From Octopus bimaculoides (lineage: Eukaryota): a stretch of 33,488 nucleotides of DNA. The notes beneath the pieces were generated by a model. The model worked only from the letters and a program-made list of their open reading frames with translations, made no database searches and was not told the DNA's origin. Positions 30,640 through 33,488 of this stretch are shown in pieces. The stretch is taken from assembly GCF_001194135.2 (NCBI RefSeq), contig NC_069001.1, positions 33,795,250-33,828,737 on the forward strand. The letters run 5' to 3'. Position 1 is the first letter of the stretch; each line of letters starts with the position of its first letter. Made by a program: the position numbers and the translations under genes.

Positions 30640-31269
30640 CAAACCAATTTCTCAACTGTACTGTAACTTGCGATGAAAAGGGGATTCTGTACAAAAATAA
30701 AAAATGTTCTTCGCAGAGATTGGGCCAAAATGAAGCACCATAAACCTTCTCCTAAACCTGAACTCTCCAAAAAGGTTATGGTGACTGTTTGGTGGTGTAC
30801 TGCTGGATTCATCTACTATAATTTCTTAAAACTATTACTGCAGAAACATATTGCCCTGAAGTTGCCAAATGAATGAAAAACTGCTACTCCTCCATCCCAG
30901 ACAGGTCAACAGAAGAAGGTCAATCATTCTTCATGACAAAGCTTGACCACACGTTTCACTAATGATGCTCAGAATTTGAGAAGTTCTTCCCCAGCCAGCT
31001 TATTCCCCGGACCTTTCTCCTCCTGACTACCACTTTTCCAAGCACCTTCATGGTTTCCTGCGAGAGAAGGAGTTAAAAAATCAAACCAATGTGGAAAGTG
31101 CATTCGAAGAGTTCATCAGTTCCAGAACTCCATATTTTTATGTTACTGGAATAAACAAAATGTGTTGATTGTAATGGTACATACTTTGATGAATAAAATT
31201 TCAGCATTGTTGAAATATATTGTGAGGAATTTCAGTTTCAAAACGTTGCCTACTTTTTACTCAGCCTGG
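30640..31269 (+). pseudogene. Mariner transposase catalytic-domain relic (Hsmar1/SETMAR-like) with a right TIR-like end
   Basis: Across frameshifts and stops: VTCDEK (30663-30680), KKVMVTVWW, ILHDKA*PH (about 30926-30949), YSPDLSPPDYHF (31001-31036), FEEFISSR and CVDCNGTYFDE* (31161-31196). The end CAAAACGTTGCCTACTTTTTACTCAGCCTGG is followed by TA. Confidence 0.9.
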
Positions 31270-31344
31270 TATATATATACATATGTACAGAGAAAAGACA
31301 GCTTTCAGTTTCTGTCAACCAAATCCACTCACAAGTCTTTGGTT

Positions 31345-31465
31345 AGCTCAGGGAGGGAGGAACACACATATCTGATACTTCTCAGGGAGACTCAGCGTGA
31401 CAAGGCCGGCCCTTTGAAATACAGGTACTACTCATTTTTGCCAGTTGAGTGGACTGGAGCAACAC
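31345..31465 (-). mobile_element. SINE family C, internal fragment
   Basis: rc ttgctccagtccactcaactggcaaaaatgagtag overlaps the central block of 24158-24465. Confidence 0.6.
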
Positions 31466-31479
31466 ACACACACATACAC

Positions 31480-31642
31480 ATACATAATGGATTTCCATAC
31501 AGTTTCTGTCTACCAAATTTACTCACAAGCCATTAGTAAACCTAAAGCTTTAATAAGAAACACTTGCCTAAGGTACTGTGCAGTGGGACTGAACCCAAAA
31601 CTACATGGTTGAAATGTAAAATTCTTAACCACATAACCATAC
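31480..31642 (-). mobile_element. SINE family A, 5' half (a further fragment lies at about 31290-31345)
   Basis: cagtttctgtctaccaaatttactcacaag...acacttgcctaagg...cagtgggactgaaccc...accacat. Confidence 0.8.
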
Positions 31643-32325
31643 TTGATTTTTACCAAATTCTAAATTAGATTCATGACGCCAAAATGCTGAAGAATCTCTG
31701 TTGTAATATTTACAAGGTTGGTAACAGACAACTACATTATATGCTTTAATCTTATATTATCTGAATTTTAACTGTGCCACATCAAAGTCTCCTTATTTCC
31801 TGCTGGGATGTCATTCATCTACACTGTCGTCAGTATAAAACAAATAGCCAACAAATCATCTTACATATTGTATGTACGTGTGCATGAGTGAGTGAATGTG
31901 TGTGTGTAAGAGAGAGAGAGAGACAGACATACAGACAGAAAAAGAGTGCTTAGTGAGAGTGAGGAACTCACAATGACTGTGATAAAGTAATTATAAAGGA
32001 TTATGAATTCCAATAACAAACAGCATAAATCATTTACAGTAAAACGCACAAGCTTAAACATTACAAAAAATAAACGTTCCAAAGGTTGAAGTTTATTTCA
32101 ACATTATTCAGTTATTTGACAATATGGGGGTTTACCAAAGAAGACATTTAGTCAGAGAATAGACAGGTCAAAGTTCAAAGTTTATTTTATTGTTTGTTCT
32201 ATGTTCAGAAGAAGGAAGATGCAGTGTATATAACTATATAAGTACACTTGTTCTGACATCAGAAGACAGTTTGAAAGAGTATCATCATATAGCAACAGCT
32301 ACAATCTGAAACTAGTGATGGTAGC

Positions 32326-32705
32326 CATCATCATCATCATTTAACATGTTTTCCATGCTGGCATGGGTTGGACGGTTTGCATGAGGTCTGGAGAGCCAGC
32401 GGCTGCACCAGGATCCAATCTGATCTGGTAATATTTCTACAGCCGGATGCACTTCCTAACGTCAACCACTCCAAGAGTGTAGTGGGAGCTTTTTATGTGC
32501 CACTGGCACAGGAGCCAGTCAGGTGGGCCTGGCATTGACCACATTTGGATCATGCTTTTTATGTGCCACTGGCATGGGAGCTAGTTTGGGGGCACTGGCC
32601 ACAGCTACGATATTGGGGCACTCTTAACTGGGCTGGACATGCATGGCTGCGATCTCACTTTAGTTGCTGGGTCTTCTCAATCACAGCATATCGCCAAAGG
32701 TCCCG
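32326..32705 (-). mobile_element. Older RTE-clade 3' UTR/tail copy with no coding sequence recognised
   Basis: (CAT)n tttaacatgttttccatgctggcatgggttggacg...gccggatgcacttcctaacgtcaaccac and a duplicated ttttatgtgccactggca block. Confidence 0.85.
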
Positions 32706-32739
32706 GTATATATATGCACACACACATATAAATGCGCAT

Positions 32740-32740
<1 letters not shown>

Positions 32741-32807
<67 letters not shown>
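32741..32807. repeat. (TA)n microsatellite
   Basis: Direct inspection. Confidence 0.95.
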
Positions 32808-32810
<3 letters not shown>

Positions 32811-32824
32811 AATACATACACACA

Positions 32825-32980
32825 GATGAGGCTATGGTAAGAAGTTTGTTTGTGAACAATATGGTTCTGGGTTAAGCCCCACTGTATGACACCTTAGGCA
32901 AGTGTCTTCTACCATAGCCTCAGGCTGGCCAAGACCTTGTGAGTGGATATGGTAGATGGAAATTCAAAGAAGTCCATCAC
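32825..32980 (+). mobile_element. SINE family A, 5' half
   Basis: ggctatggtaagaagttt...ggcaagtgtcttctaccatagcctc...ccttgtgagtggat.tggtagatggaaa. Confidence 0.85.
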
Positions 32981-33257
32981 ACACACACACACACACATTT
33001 AGTATAAACTTTGATGAATGAGAAAATGTATCAAAATATTTTAAGAAATTAACAATAAACATGATATTTTTCTTCATCTTTCCACATTTATTTAAGATTT
33101 CAATTGTTGAAGAAATGTTGGATATTTAAGATATAAATGTGTAATAAGTCCATTAATGAAACTCGTGAACAATGATTATTTGAATATATCATTATAAACA
33201 CATACACATAAATTAATATACACATATACATACATACATACATATGTTTATCTATAT

Positions 33258-33488
33258 CATCATCATCATCATCATCGTTTAACGTCCGCTTTCCATGCTA
33301 GCATGGGTTGGACGATTTGACTGAGGACTGGTGAAACCGGATGGCAACACCAGGCTCCAGTCTGATTTGGCAGAGTTTCTACAGCTGGATGCCCTTCCTA
33401 ACGCCAACCACTCAGAGAGTGTAGTGGGTGCTTTTACGTGTCACCTGCACGAAAACGGCCACGCTCGAAATGGTGTCTTTTATGTGCC
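33258..33488 (-). mobile_element. Young RTE-clade 3' end, truncated by the window edge
   Basis: Three mismatches over about 215 nt relative to 26670-26884; (ATC)n tail. Confidence 0.92.

Noticed and set aside
1-33488. CRISPR arrays, rRNA genes, prokaryotic operons or defence systems
   Set aside because: The window is intron-containing animal DNA. No regularly spaced repeat-spacer array or rRNA-like sequence was seen.

Overview
Eukaryotic, AT-rich, repeat-dense genomic DNA. It is most consistent with a coleoid cephalopod (Octopus-like): this is inferred from the SINE, RTE and microsatellite landscape and is not verified. There are four scaffold gaps. The window contains one complete protein-coding gene, an atypical E2F repressor (E2F7/8 orthologue) on the minus strand. 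I reconstructed it by hand as 10 coding exons (18452->7592; 2994 nt, 997 aa). All nine introns are GT-AG with matching phases, and the protein has two tandem E2F DNA-binding domains. A probable non-coding first exon lies near 21950->21698 and tandem polyA signals lie near 5674-5719. The 3.3 kb upstream of the ATG carries at least eight E2F-type sites, a CHR element and CCAAT boxes. The remainder is transposon-derived: three tRNA-type SINE families, two RTE-clade LINE families, Tc1 and mariner transposase relics, a Tc1/mariner MITE and a hAT MITE nested in a SINE. I found no convincing evidence for a wholly new biological system. The best leads are (i) a multi-cluster E2F/CHR autoregulatory architecture with possibly two promoters and a uORF-bearing leader, (ii) non-canonical residues at conserved positions in both DNA-binding domains plus a Cys/His cluster in the tail, and (iii) inverted repeat pairs inside introns that could form dsRNA for ADAR editing or back-splicing.
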